64,000 nt of DNA from a virus (lineage: Duplodnaviria; Caudoviricetes): IMG/VR virus record IMGVR_UViG_3300035208_004206, positions 1-64,000 of that record; one strand, written 5' to 3'. Below are positions 18,009-27,378 of this stretch, one piece after another; the stretch's first letter is position 1, and each line of letters starts with the position of its first letter. Under the pieces are notes generated by a model. The model ran no database searches. It was not told the DNA's origin and worked only from the letters and a program-made list of their open reading frames with translations. The position numbers were made by a program, and so were the translations under genes.

Positions 18009-19157
18009 ATGAGTAACATCGAAAGAAAGCTGGCGACGATTCAGAGAATTGAAAGTGTTGGTCCAATAGCTGGGGCTGACGCGATCGAGCGGATCACCGT
18101 GAAGGGATGGGAGCTTGTTGCAAAGAAAGGGGAGTTCAAAGAAGGGGATCTCTGTGTGTTTTTCGAGATCGATAGTCTTCTGCCCGATGCACCGATCTTC
18201 GAGTTTATGAGATCGCGTAAGTTCCGCGTGAAGACGATCAAGCTCCGCGGCCAGGTGTCACAGGGTCTTGCGTTGCCGATCAAGGAGATCAATGACGCAT
18301 TCCCGAAGACGAACGGTTTCATGTCTGGTCTTTATACTCCCGGCAGTGATCTCACTGCTGAGATCGGTGTGACTAAATGGGAACCTGGTGGTGGGGTTGA
18401 CAATGATCCGAAGCAGAAAAAGCGGTCGTGGTTCCGTCTGTTCTTCGGTCGATTGCTCTATGGCAGAAACTATGTGTCTGGTGGGTCATACGATTTTCCC
18501 ACGCACCTTGTGAGCAAGACGGATGAGGAGCGTGTTCAGAATGTTCCAGGTATTGCTACAAAGCATATGGGTGAACGGTGCTACGTCACCGAGAAGGTCG
18601 ATGGCCAGAGTGCAACGTACCTTCTTATCGAAAGCCGTTTTCTCTGGATGAAGAAGCTGAAGTATGCTGTGTGCTCTCGTAACCGCATGACGCTCAGCCC
18701 AGAGAAGGTGAGTAAGAATTTTCGTGGGCACATTGCAGCTGGGAAAGAATCCAAGATAGAAGATGTTCTTAGATTTCATTTTCAGTCAACAGGTGAGGTC
18801 GTCGCAATTCAGGGCGAGGTCATCGGACCGGACGTGCAGAAGAACAAGTACGGCCGGGACGGGTACTCCCTGCGCGTCTTCAACGTGCACTCGGTCACGA
18901 AGGGGAAGCCGTACAACTTCGATGAGATGGTGGTGTTCTGTAAGAAGTATGACCTATTAACTGTCCCGATAAATGATTCACCGATGACCCTCACCCTTTC
19001 TCCCGAAATGGATGTGAAGTTCTTTATCGACATGTCGAAGGGCAAGTCGAAGCTTGCGGACATTCAGCGGGAGGGGATAGTCATCCGTTCCACTACTCGG
19101 CCGAACATCAGCTTCAAGGCGATTAACCCCGACTTCTTGATTAAGTGGGATGAGTAA
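18009..19157 (+). CDS. ATP-dependent RNA ligase of the DRB0094 (Rnl5-like) type with N-terminal OB domain
   Basis: RKLATIQRI..PI.GADAIE, GDLCVFFEIDSLLP, KTDEER, TEKVDG, QGEVIG, REGIV, SFKAIN. Confidence 0.9.
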   Translation: MSNIERKLATIQRIESVGPIAGADAIERITVKGWELVAKKGEFKEGDLCVFFEIDSLLPDAPIFEFMRSRKFRVKTIKLRGQVSQGLALPIKEINDAFPKTNGFMSGLYTPGSDLTAEIGVTKWEPGGGVDNDPKQKKRSWFRLFFGRLLYGRNYVSGGSYDFPTHLVSKTDEERVQNVPGIATKHMGERCYVTEKVDGQSATYLLIESRFLWMKKLKYAVCSRNRMTLSPEKVSKNFRGHIAAGKESKIEDVLRFHFQSTGEVVAIQGEVIGPDVQKNKYGRDGYSLRVFNVHSVTKGKPYNFDEMVVFCKKYDLLTVPINDSPMTLTLSPEMDVKFFIDMSKGKSKLADIQREGIVIRSTTRPNISFKAINPDFLIKWDE

Positions 19158-19584
19158 GGAGGATACCATGTTTTGGAATTTGACAGATGAAGAACAGATT
19201 GTACGGAAGATTTTGAAGCTTGAAGATCCAAAGGACTTTTATAGAAAGAAACTCATGAAGAACTTGAAAAATCCTTCTATAGAAAATCAAGATCTTACCA
19301 GACAACTTGGTCAAACTACAACCATGTTAGTGTGTGCAGTTGCCGCAGCTATTCGGGGTGAAACGGTTTGTCTTGTTGGTGCGAATGAACATATGGATGA
19401 AGACCTCATGCATATGTTCAAAATGATGATGAATTCGGTTGGTAATGATTGGCACAAAAAGATTGTACTAAACCGTCTGACCAATCGGCAGATGAGTAGT
19501 ATTAAGAAGTTTGTTGATCACACTGTGATGCCACAGTTTGGTCACCGCAGAATATTACAATATGCAAAAGAGGGGTGGATGTGA
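19150..19584 (+). CDS. Hypothetical protein with degenerate P-loop-like segment
   Basis: TRQLGQTT resembles RQxGKT. Confidence 0.5.
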   Translation: MSKEDTMFWNLTDEEQIVRKILKLEDPKDFYRKKLMKNLKNPSIENQDLTRQLGQTTTMLVCAVAAAIRGETVCLVGANEHMDEDLMHMFKMMMNSVGNDWHKKIVLNRLTNRQMSSIKKFVDHTVMPQFGHRRILQYAKEGWM

Positions 19585-19778
19585 TGGAAAAACATAAATT
19601 AGAACAAGTTTTACTTTGGATTAAAGTTCTTTTACTTACTTTGATTCCATCATTATTTGTTGGGTTCTTTTTTGGAGTAGGTCTTTTTGTAGGAGTAGGC
19701 GCTTTTATGTCATTTGTGTCTGCTTGCTTATACATGGATAAAATTGATCCGCCGAATGAAGATTTCAATAGTCTTTAA
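19584..19778 (+). CDS. Small two-TM membrane protein
   Basis: Coupled start; long hydrophobic stretch. Confidence 0.6.
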   Translation: MEKHKLEQVLLWIKVLLLTLIPSLFVGFFFGVGLFVGVGAFMSFVSACLYMDKIDPPNEDFNSL

Positions 19779-19810
19779 TTATAAAAGTTTGAAAACCCTT
19801 AAGGAGATGA

Positions 19811-20221
19811 GTGATGGAAAAGATTGAACGTCTTACAGATCTTCAGTGGGATACCTGCTGGATGGCGATACGATATGCAATGGGTCGGAGATCGATCGCA
19901 TCGGCTTCTCTCCCCAACCAGATCGTGCAGGAATATTACAACAAGATCGGTGAGGGTCGAAAGTCTCTGATCGCTCGTGACCTTCAGCAGTTCCTTGATG
20001 ATGGTGGTCAGTTCGGTGATCCGGGTATTGATGATGTGATATGGTTCAAGTTTCTTGCTGCGATGAAGTTCCGAGATCATAAGGAGATCACCACCATCGA
20101 TGGAAGCAAGGTTGTGGTGTTCAAAGCCAATGGTCGGGTGTACCCCCTCGAGCAGTATGTTAAAAACCCCTGGATCGAATGTTTCATACCCAAAGAGAAC
20201 ATCGCTTCTTGGGCTCAGTAA
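19811..20221 (+). CDS. Hypothetical protein
   Basis: AAGGAG SD. Confidence 0.7.
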   Translation: MMEKIERLTDLQWDTCWMAIRYAMGRRSIASASLPNQIVQEYYNKIGEGRKSLIARDLQQFLDDGGQFGDPGIDDVIWFKFLAAMKFRDHKEITTIDGSKVVVFKANGRVYPLEQYVKNPWIECFIPKENIASWAQ

Positions 20222-20251
20222 ATACAAGCGAATCCTAAAAGGAGAAGATGA

Positions 20252-20749
20252 ATGGGTAGTCCCAACACAGAAACACCGGTCCAGCAGAAAACAATCGAGT
20301 CTTATGTGAAACATGCAAAGCGGGCAAACACTTATGAGCGGGCGACAAGAATGCTTTGCAACGATGAGATCGTTGTGTGGGAATGCCCCAAGTGTGATGC
20401 AAAGTTCTCCTTCACCGAGGGCGTTGAAGTTCCAAAAGGAACAAAGTGCCCCTTCTGTAAGGTTGACATCATCAAGTCAAAGAAGGGGATCGATCGTCGG
20501 AAAGATCTGGAGAAGGTTGTCAAAGAAGATAAAGACCTTGCAGAACCCGATCATGCTGTGATCCTTGTGGTCAAGGGTGGTCACATGCCCTCAGAACTCG
20601 CCCAGAAAATGCTTGCGACGTCTGATCTTGTTGGTCAGACAGATGTGATCTGGGCAGACAAGGATGACCCTCTTCCGGTCCCCCGTCTTGAATTCACCGA
20701 TGGAACGGTCCTCAGCGGCAACGCTCTCATGAAAAGACTCCGGTCGTAA
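20252..20749 (+). CDS. Zinc-ribbon protein (CPKC..CPFC)
   Basis: AGGAG SD; TAAATA at 20219. Confidence 0.7.
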   Translation: MGSPNTETPVQQKTIESYVKHAKRANTYERATRMLCNDEIVVWECPKCDAKFSFTEGVEVPKGTKCPFCKVDIIKSKKGIDRRKDLEKVVKEDKDLAEPDHAVILVVKGGHMPSELAQKMLATSDLVGQTDVIWADKDDPLPVPRLEFTDGTVLSGNALMKRLRS

Positions 20750-20754
20750 TCCCC

Positions 20755-20760
20755 TAAATA
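20755..20760 (+). promoter_or_regulatory. Late-type promoter core TAAATA; further copies at 25821, 30079, 37103 (TATAAATA), 45951, 46920, 48102, 52159, 56979, 57473
   Basis: T4-type late consensus (TATAAATA) recurring just upstream of SD sites of virion, lysis and paralogue genes. Confidence 0.7.
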
Positions 20761-20791
20761 TCTTCGGACGTTTTCACACCGGAGGTTCAGA

Positions 20792-21661
20792 ATGGTCAGA
20801 AAGAACGGTCTCAAGAAAGGCGAGATATTCGAAGCACTCAACAGTGGTGTCACTGGCGTCTTGACCAGACCCATGGTCGAGGACTTTGAGCCGACGGCAG
20901 ATTACTGGTCTCCTGAGATCGCAGAGCTTGATGATGCGACCCGACAAAGTGTTGGTATTGATGCTCCACATGCAGCTTTCATTCCCGCTGTTGACAAGGA
21001 TGATATTGAAGCAATCATTGGAAAGTCCAGTCGTGCTGGTGCGGGAAACGTCAGATTCCTCCGTGTTGATGCGAACGTGTTTGCGGTGTGTGATAATCAT
21101 GATGAGCTTGGTCTTGCACTTGAAGCAGCTCGTGCTGTTCTGCAAGGACCCGCTCTCCCTGTTGCTGAACCTGTGAAACCGTTGAAGGTCGAGGGAAGGA
21201 TGGCAGATCTTGTGACAAAGCAAATCGAAAGAGAACATGGGTGGGATGTTGCATACCTCTCAGACGATCAGAAGGAACATATAGTCAGCATTCTTCTTGA
21301 TACAGATTTCAGAACGACCGCACGTGATATTGCAAAAGAACTGGAATTTCATGATGGGAAGATTCCAGCCGTACAAGCAGTTATTGATGCAGCATGGGTA
21401 GTTATCAAAGGTTCATTGCGGATGGATAAACCTCAAGAGTCAATGCCTGCAGTGGAAGAGAAGAAAGAAGAAGTTCTCAAAGAGCAGATCAGCGTGTCGA
21501 CAGAGTCTGATCTTCGCAAGCTGAAGTATTATGCTGGTATCCTTGGCAAGTTCTTCAAACAGCTTGAAGCCAGCAACACCGATGAAGACAAGCGGGCATT
21601 GAAGCGGTACAGTGGTTATGTGAACGATGCACTTGGAAACCTCAAACGCATCAAGCTGTAA
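20792..21661 (+). CDS. Hypothetical late protein
   Basis: GGAGG SD after TAAATA. Confidence 0.75.
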   Translation: MVRKNGLKKGEIFEALNSGVTGVLTRPMVEDFEPTADYWSPEIAELDDATRQSVGIDAPHAAFIPAVDKDDIEAIIGKSSRAGAGNVRFLRVDANVFAVCDNHDELGLALEAARAVLQGPALPVAEPVKPLKVEGRMADLVTKQIEREHGWDVAYLSDDQKEHIVSILLDTDFRTTARDIAKELEFHDGKIPAVQAVIDAAWVVIKGSLRMDKPQESMPAVEEKKEEVLKEQISVSTESDLRKLKYYAGILGKFFKQLEASNTDEDKRALKRYSGYVNDALGNLKRIKL

Positions 21662-21669
21662 GAGGGTTC

Positions 21670-22269
21670 ATGAAGTTTGATCGGACCATCTTTGAAAAAT
21701 CTGAACGTGTGATATATGTCCCGTCTTCTGATATGCTCGCAGACCCTGACTTCGGTGATGTGCCAGTCAGTGTCAACCCAACACTTGGTGATATAATGAA
21801 GATGTCTGCCAATCATCATGATGTCAGAGCAGTGTATATAACAGATGGAACCCTTTATGCTTGGACCGGACCGATTGAACATCACGATCTACCAATACAA
21901 GCTGAAGCACATGTGGGTCTTGTAAGGAGATTTAATCTTTACTTTGCACAGTCTCCGACATTCAATGATTTGTTTGATGTTGATGACGCAGGAAGAGAAA
22001 TTAAGAAAGCAACTCTTAGCGGTTTGGTGGTTGCAGAATCTTCATCGAATCATCACATAACAAATATATCTGATATGAAAACATTATACCAGAAGACAAA
22101 GACTCATCCTGTTTTCAAAGACGTGTCATGGTTCAAAGCATACTCAGATAACACCGGAAATAATCAAGGGTATGTTATCAGAACAGAAGACGGTGCAATC
22201 GCAAACACCCCAAACAGATGGCATGAGGAAGAGACAGACGAATTCTTGAAATTCACGGGGAACAGATAA
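21670..22269 (+). CDS. Dispersed member of the MxFxRxLxE paralogue family
   Basis: MKFDRTIFE leader; VSVNPT..DGTLYAW..EHHD..FNLY core as in the 52.6-57 kb array. Confidence 0.7.
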   Translation: MKFDRTIFEKSERVIYVPSSDMLADPDFGDVPVSVNPTLGDIMKMSANHHDVRAVYITDGTLYAWTGPIEHHDLPIQAEAHVGLVRRFNLYFAQSPTFNDLFDVDDAGREIKKATLSGLVVAESSSNHHITNISDMKTLYQKTKTHPVFKDVSWFKAYSDNTGNNQGYVIRTEDGAIANTPNRWHEEETDEFLKFTGNR

Positions 22270-23633
22270 TGGTTTTCAATTTCTATAGAAGTACACGAAC
22301 ACAAGCTTTGTATCGGAAGATCCATCGCAAAGCGACGAAAACCTTTGGTGTTCCCTGCAAGTATCTTCCACTGACAGTCTCAGGTCTTGTTGACCATCTC
22401 CTCGGTGAAGATCCAGCTGGAGCATTCAACGACGCGATCGATGTAAAGCTCATGCTCGAGAATGTTGAATTCTACGAGGGGCAAAACCAACAGTTCGATC
22501 GGTACGGTCTCAACCTTCAGGATGAAATGCACTTCTCTTGTGAGATTGATTACTTCACCGAACAGACCAGCCTTGTGAGACCACAAGAGGGTGACGTGAT
22601 CGCTTTCATGTTGGGTGATGCAAACATCAAGTGGAACCCAAACTTCAAAGGGTATGAACTGTATAAGGTCACCGGGGTTCAACCAAAACAGAAGTTCTTC
22701 CAGTTCGGCACCCTCTATGTGTATGATCTCTTCTGTGAGAAGTTCACATACTCTGGTGAAGATTTTGCAACCGGCGATGACATCATTGACAGTGCTGCTG
22801 GTGCGATGGCCGAAGCAGCAGAGAACGCTGGAGACAATGCTGCGATCGAAGCTGCAGACATCAATGGTCCTGAATACTTTGACAACGTTGATGGTGAGTT
22901 CAAGTATAATCCTGGTGTGACAAAGTACGATCCTCAAGATCCTTTGAACCCCGGCACAAATGACATCACCTCTATGTGGTCACTTGATGAGATGCTTCAC
23001 CACTTCAGGTTTGAAGGGACCACATATTCCAGTGGTGACGGTGTTGTTGATTCTGCTGATTCAGAAGATGGCGTCGCTGTTGGGTCCTTCACCGCTGAAG
23101 CAAGTGGTTGGGGAAACGTCGGTCGTTGTGCGGTCTTGACTGGAACACAATATGTTGAGACGGGAATATATCCATCGGTCAGTACGCCGACAATGGCATT
23201 CTGGGTGAAGTTCACAACGCTCGCAACAGATGCGGTCATTGGCGTTGATGGTTCGGATGCTGGCTTCTATCTTGGTCTTGATGAGGATGGAAACATTGCA
23301 GCAGGCTTTGGGGATGGTTCGTGTGGAAACGGTGAACACAATGTTTTTGCCGGCTGTATTCCCGGAGCATGGTATCGTTTTGTGTTGACATATTCAGTAG
23401 AGGAAGAGATCGCTCGTGTATACATCAATGGGCGATTCATGACACAGTTCACCGCGACCTTTGCATCAGCTTCGTCCATTGCACTTTCGATTGGTGCGTA
23501 TGATGATGGGACTGGACCAGACAACCCGATCGCAGCAAGGATCGCAAGCTTCTCTATTGGGGAACGGCACTGGACAGCCGATGATGTCGCGTTTGATTGG
23601 AATGCTTCACGTGGTAGAGCAGTAGGGGTATAA
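22269..23633 (+). CDS. gp14: Neck/head-completion protein (T4 gp14-like) fused to a C-terminal LamG/ConA-like domain
   Basis: FG..C.YLP, F..A, Y.G....F..YGL...DE, EGD.I, FFQ.G..YVY.L.CE.F.YS.E.F.TG; C-terminal AFWVKF, WYRFVLTY, VYING. Confidence 0.8.
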   Translation: MVFNFYRSTRTQALYRKIHRKATKTFGVPCKYLPLTVSGLVDHLLGEDPAGAFNDAIDVKLMLENVEFYEGQNQQFDRYGLNLQDEMHFSCEIDYFTEQTSLVRPQEGDVIAFMLGDANIKWNPNFKGYELYKVTGVQPKQKFFQFGTLYVYDLFCEKFTYSGEDFATGDDIIDSAAGAMAEAAENAGDNAAIEAADINGPEYFDNVDGEFKYNPGVTKYDPQDPLNPGTNDITSMWSLDEMLHHFRFEGTTYSSGDGVVDSADSEDGVAVGSFTAEASGWGNVGRCAVLTGTQYVETGIYPSVSTPTMAFWVKFTTLATDAVIGVDGSDAGFYLGLDEDGNIAAGFGDGSCGNGEHNVFAGCIPGAWYRFVLTYSVEEEIARVYINGRFMTQFTATFASASSIALSIGAYDDGTGPDNPIAARIASFSIGERHWTADDVAFDWNASRGRAVGV

Positions 23634-23634
23634 T

Positions 23635-24021
23635 ATGCCGTTTGTTGAAAGAACATCAGATCTCTTTTGGGATATTGACATGCAGCTTCGAGTGGTCGCG
23701 GGTGATGTTCAGATCATCACTGGGGCTTCTGCGGTTGCTCAGTCGCTGAAGAACATGCTCGTGCTGAAGAAGTTGTGGGTCCCTAATCAACCAGGAGTGT
23801 ATGATATTCTGTTTGAAGAGATGAATAACCCCCTACAGAACTTCATCAACCTTGAAGAGCTGGGGGAATTCCTGTTGCGTGGTGAACCTCGCTGTGCAAC
23901 GGTCAGAGTGACAGTTGACAGAGATCGTTCAAACAGCAAGCTCACGCTCAATGTGTATTTCTCTTTGAAGACCTTTCCGGGGAATGAGTATGCCTTTCCG
24001 GTTTTCCTGCGCAGACGTTGA
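23635..24021 (+). CDS. gp25: Baseplate wedge protein (T4 gp25-like)
   Basis: GD...TG..AV.QSLKN.L, ILFE, EPR. Confidence 0.75.
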   Translation: MPFVERTSDLFWDIDMQLRVVAGDVQIITGASAVAQSLKNMLVLKKLWVPNQPGVYDILFEEMNNPLQNFINLEELGEFLLRGEPRCATVRVTVDRDRSNSKLTLNVYFSLKTFPGNEYAFPVFLRRR

Positions 24022-24076
24022 TCTTCTCCCGTACAATATTTCGTATATCTACAAACTGTCCTAAGGAGGGACAAGA

Positions 24077-24559
24077 ATGAACAAGGTGAATCTTGGCAAA
24101 CTTTTCCTCGGGCATTCGCTTGTTGGTCAGCCGATCATTGGCGAGCTCGATGAGAAGAAAGAATTCCTGCACAATGCTCTCGTCGTGATGCCGTCCCGTC
24201 CCCGCACGAAAGAAGAGGCTCTGGCTCATCAGCAACTCGCTGCTCAGGGTAAGACTCCTCTCGAACTCGCTCCGGTCTTTGCCAGTATGACCCTTGAAAA
24301 GTCTGCTGCTCTTTCCGGTGTGCCTGAAGCGCTTCGGTACGTTGAGGTGAAGTATCCGGTCGATAAACTGGTCACGCTCATTCCGATCGATGACATCGCG
24401 CTCGGCCGTGAGCTGAAGAACATGTATTTCGAAGCTTTCAACACTCTTCCCGAACCGCCGATCGATGTGACCGACATTGAAGCTGCCGATCGTGCGATGA
24501 CGGAAAAGCGCAACGTTGAGAAGGCTGTCAAGGAAGGTTCGAAGCTGGTGGGGATATAA
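24077..24559 (+). CDS. Hypothetical protein (possibly Sm-like N-terminus)
   Basis: AAGGAGG SD; GQPIIGEL..L.NA.V. Confidence 0.65.
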   Translation: MNKVNLGKLFLGHSLVGQPIIGELDEKKEFLHNALVVMPSRPRTKEEALAHQQLAAQGKTPLELAPVFASMTLEKSAALSGVPEALRYVEVKYPVDKLVTLIPIDDIALGRELKNMYFEAFNTLPEPPIDVTDIEAADRAMTEKRNVEKAVKEGSKLVGI

Positions 24560-24561
24560 CG

Positions 24562-25722
24562 ATGGCGAAATCCAATGCAAAAGCGATGAAGGCAAAGCCG
24601 TCTTTCATCTCTAAGGCGGTGGAAGCACTCAAGAACCCGTATGCTTCTGTTGCTTCAAACGGCGTCATCTATGACCCCAAGAAGTGGTTCGATCTTGGGT
24701 GTTACGTTCTCAATGCTCAGATTAGCGGGTCGATCTACAGAGGTATCCCTGACAACATGTCGATCATGCTTGCGGGTGAGACCGGTGTTGGTAAGACATT
24801 CCTGACCCTTGGTGCTCTTGCCTCTATTCAGAAACAAGAAAAGGATGCTGAGGCAATCATCTTTGAGAGTGAAGGTGCGATCAAAACCGCGACCCTCATT
24901 TCTCATGGTTGTGATCTTCCTCGTACTGCAATGGTACCGGTGCTGACCATCGAGGACTTCACCAATCAGGTCGTCACAACTATGCAGACGTACGAAGCGA
25001 CACCTGAAAAGGATCGTCCTCAGCTTGTGTTCGCTCTCGACTCGCTTGGTCTTCTTCCCCCTGCGAAAGAAGCCAAGGATGTCAACGAGGGCAAGAACGC
25101 ATCTGACATGGGTCTTGCGGCCAAAGCGATCAAACGTGCATTCAGAAACATTCGTCTCCGTGTTGGTGGTCTCGGGCGTATTCCGTTCATCATCACTCTC
25201 CACATCTATGCGAAGCAAGGGACATACGTTCCCATGAACGACATTGCAGGTGGACAGGGTCCGAAGTACGCTGGTGATACCATCCTGCTCATCACAAAGT
25301 CCCAGGTCAAAGAGGGTGAAGACGGATACGACAAAGGTGGCACACGTGTCAAGTGTGTTGCGTGGAAGAGTCGCGACACCCGTCAACGTACCGCGATCGA
25401 GTTCGTCATCGACTTCGCAAAAGGCGTGACGAAGTACAGCGGTCTCTTTGAATTCTGTGAGAAACACAAGCTCATCGAAAAGGTCGGGAACCGTTATCGC
25501 TTTGGTGAAGGTGAGCCGAAGTTCCGCAAAGAGATCTATTCGAATCCCGAAGGTTTCTTCACGAAGGAAGTCCTTGATCAGATCGATGTTTTCTGCGGGA
25601 AATACTTCAACTACGGAGAATCGCTCATCGATATTCCGCTTGAAGATCTTGGCATTGATGAGAACACCGCGGCAGCTCTTGCTGAAGCTGAAGCCGCACT
25701 CAGTGCTGATGGTGACGAGTAA
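24562..25722 (+). CDS. uvsX: UvsX/RecA-like recombinase
   Basis: DLGCYVLNAQISG, GETGVGKT, FESEGA, DSLGLL, GGQG..YA. Confidence 0.92.
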   Translation: MAKSNAKAMKAKPSFISKAVEALKNPYASVASNGVIYDPKKWFDLGCYVLNAQISGSIYRGIPDNMSIMLAGETGVGKTFLTLGALASIQKQEKDAEAIIFESEGAIKTATLISHGCDLPRTAMVPVLTIEDFTNQVVTTMQTYEATPEKDRPQLVFALDSLGLLPPAKEAKDVNEGKNASDMGLAAKAIKRAFRNIRLRVGGLGRIPFIITLHIYAKQGTYVPMNDIAGGQGPKYAGDTILLITKSQVKEGEDGYDKGGTRVKCVAWKSRDTRQRTAIEFVIDFAKGVTKYSGLFEFCEKHKLIEKVGNRYRFGEGEPKFRKEIYSNPEGFFTKEVLDQIDVFCGKYFNYGESLIDIPLEDLGIDENTAAALAEAEAALSADGDE

Positions 25723-25780
25723 TCTTCACTTGCGTTTTTCCTCTGTAAAAATAGAGTAGACCTACCCACAACTTATCAAA

Positions 25781-25818
25781 AAGGGTTGTCTGAAGTGTAC
25801 TTTGGATGACCCTTCTTC
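25781..25818 (+). terminator. 15-bp hairpin downstream of uvsX
   Basis: AAGGGTTGTCTGAAG-TGTA-CTTTGGATGACCCTT with several G-U pairs, then CTTC. Confidence 0.5.
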
Positions 25819-25938
25819 TGTAAATATTTGGCATGAGGTGTTTGATGAAGATGACCAATAACAATTCTCGCTTGTCACCCCCGTAGTTCGTAGAATACTT
25901 GGTGAAGAACCGGTTTACGAAACCCAGACGGAGGAGTC

Positions 25939-27357
25939 ATGCCGAGGAAATTTGAACATTTTGATTTTGAAGAGCTTGTGCTTTTCTTCTTATTAAATTC
26001 TCCGGAGTTCAGAACAGTTGCTACACCAAAGTTGGATCCTCGTATGTTCTCACTTGAGGGTCTTGATGTTCTCTTTGCTAAGGTAGCAGAACGTCACTCA
26101 GCAGGAGATGCAGACATCTCGATGAGTTCTGTTTGGATGGATGCAAAGCCTGTCCTCGCCAAAGATAAAGATGTCGCCAAAGCCATTGCTTTGACATTCG
26201 ATCGCATGGTCGAAGCTGCAGACGATCTGACCAAAGAACTGTCCCAGGATTACATGGTCAAGGAAACAGAGAAGTGGGCGAGACGTCGTGCTCTCGAGGG
26301 TGCGGTGTTCGAAGCTTCGAAGATCATTGAGTCGGATGGTGACAAGAGTTTGCTTCCAGATCTTTTCAATCGTGCTCTTTCCATAACAATGAATGACAAG
26401 CTCGGTCTTGGATACGCTACAAGTGGCGACGATCGGTTTGAAGCATACAAACATCGCGAGGATAAAATCCCCTCGGCCATTGAGAAGATCAACTTCCTCA
26501 CAGACGGTGGTTTCAGTCGCAAGTCTCTGAACGTGTGGATGGCCGGGACCGGTATTGGTAAGACGGCGATCATGTGTTCTCGTGCGGCAGACTATCTTCG
26601 CTCGGGTTACAACGTTCTCTACATCACACTCGAGATCAGTGAAATCCAGATCGCACAGAGAATTGATGCGAACATCCTTGATGTCCCGATTCGTGAATTG
26701 CGGTCAACCCCTACTGATAGCCTTGTCTCTCGTTGGAAATCCTTCCTGAACAATCCTAAGCGTCCAGGGGAGCTGAAGATCAAGGAGTTCGCTTCGGGGT
26801 ACACAACAACCGCCCACATCAAAGCTTTGATGAAGGAATATAAACAGAAACACGGGTTCATTCCTGATGTGGTCTTTATAGATTACCTCAACCTCCTGAT
26901 GCCTACAAGACGTTCGGGAAAGGATGCGGCGGGTTGGCAGACAGTTCAGTATGCTGCCGAAGAGGTTCGGGGTATTGGTACAGAATGGAATATCGTTATC
27001 GAGACAGCAACACAGACAACACGTGAAGGACAGGACAGTACAGACCTTGCTCTTCGGGACACATCGGAATCAATGGGTCTTCCGAAGACTTCTGATTTCT
27101 ATTGTGCGGCTTATCAGACACCAGAGCAGAGAGAAGAAGGTCTGCTTATATTCAAGGTACTGAAGAACAGATACTCTGAGTTTGTGAATTACAAGTTTGC
27201 GCTTGCAATGGATTATCCGAAGATGAGACTGTCTCAGCTTTCCAATGAAGATGAGAACAACACAAGATCGCTGGTGCAGAGACCTCAACCCGGAGAACAA
27301 AGTTCCCCCGAGTCACCGATCAGAGAACGGAAACCATACAGACGACCAATGAGATAA
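25939..27357 (+). CDS. gp41: Replicative DNA helicase (T4 gp41/DnaB-like)
   Basis: AGTGIGKT, YITLE, RIDAN, IKEF, FIDYLNL, EE.RG, TATQT.R, SESMGLPKT.D, KNRY. Confidence 0.95.
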   Translation: MPRKFEHFDFEELVLFFLLNSPEFRTVATPKLDPRMFSLEGLDVLFAKVAERHSAGDADISMSSVWMDAKPVLAKDKDVAKAIALTFDRMVEAADDLTKELSQDYMVKETEKWARRRALEGAVFEASKIIESDGDKSLLPDLFNRALSITMNDKLGLGYATSGDDRFEAYKHREDKIPSAIEKINFLTDGGFSRKSLNVWMAGTGIGKTAIMCSRAADYLRSGYNVLYITLEISEIQIAQRIDANILDVPIRELRSTPTDSLVSRWKSFLNNPKRPGELKIKEFASGYTTTAHIKALMKEYKQKHGFIPDVVFIDYLNLLMPTRRSGKDAAGWQTVQYAAEEVRGIGTEWNIVIETATQTTREGQDSTDLALRDTSESMGLPKTSDFYCAAYQTPEQREEGLLIFKVLKNRYSEFVNYKFALAMDYPKMRLSQLSNEDENNTRSLVQRPQPGEQSSPESPIRERKPYRRPMR

Positions 27358-27378
27358 ACCCAAAACAGGAGGTTCCGC

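Noticed and set aside
25539-25548. TTCGAATCCC tRNA T-loop-like string
   Set aside because: Inside the uvsX coding region with no cloverleaf; no tRNA found in the window
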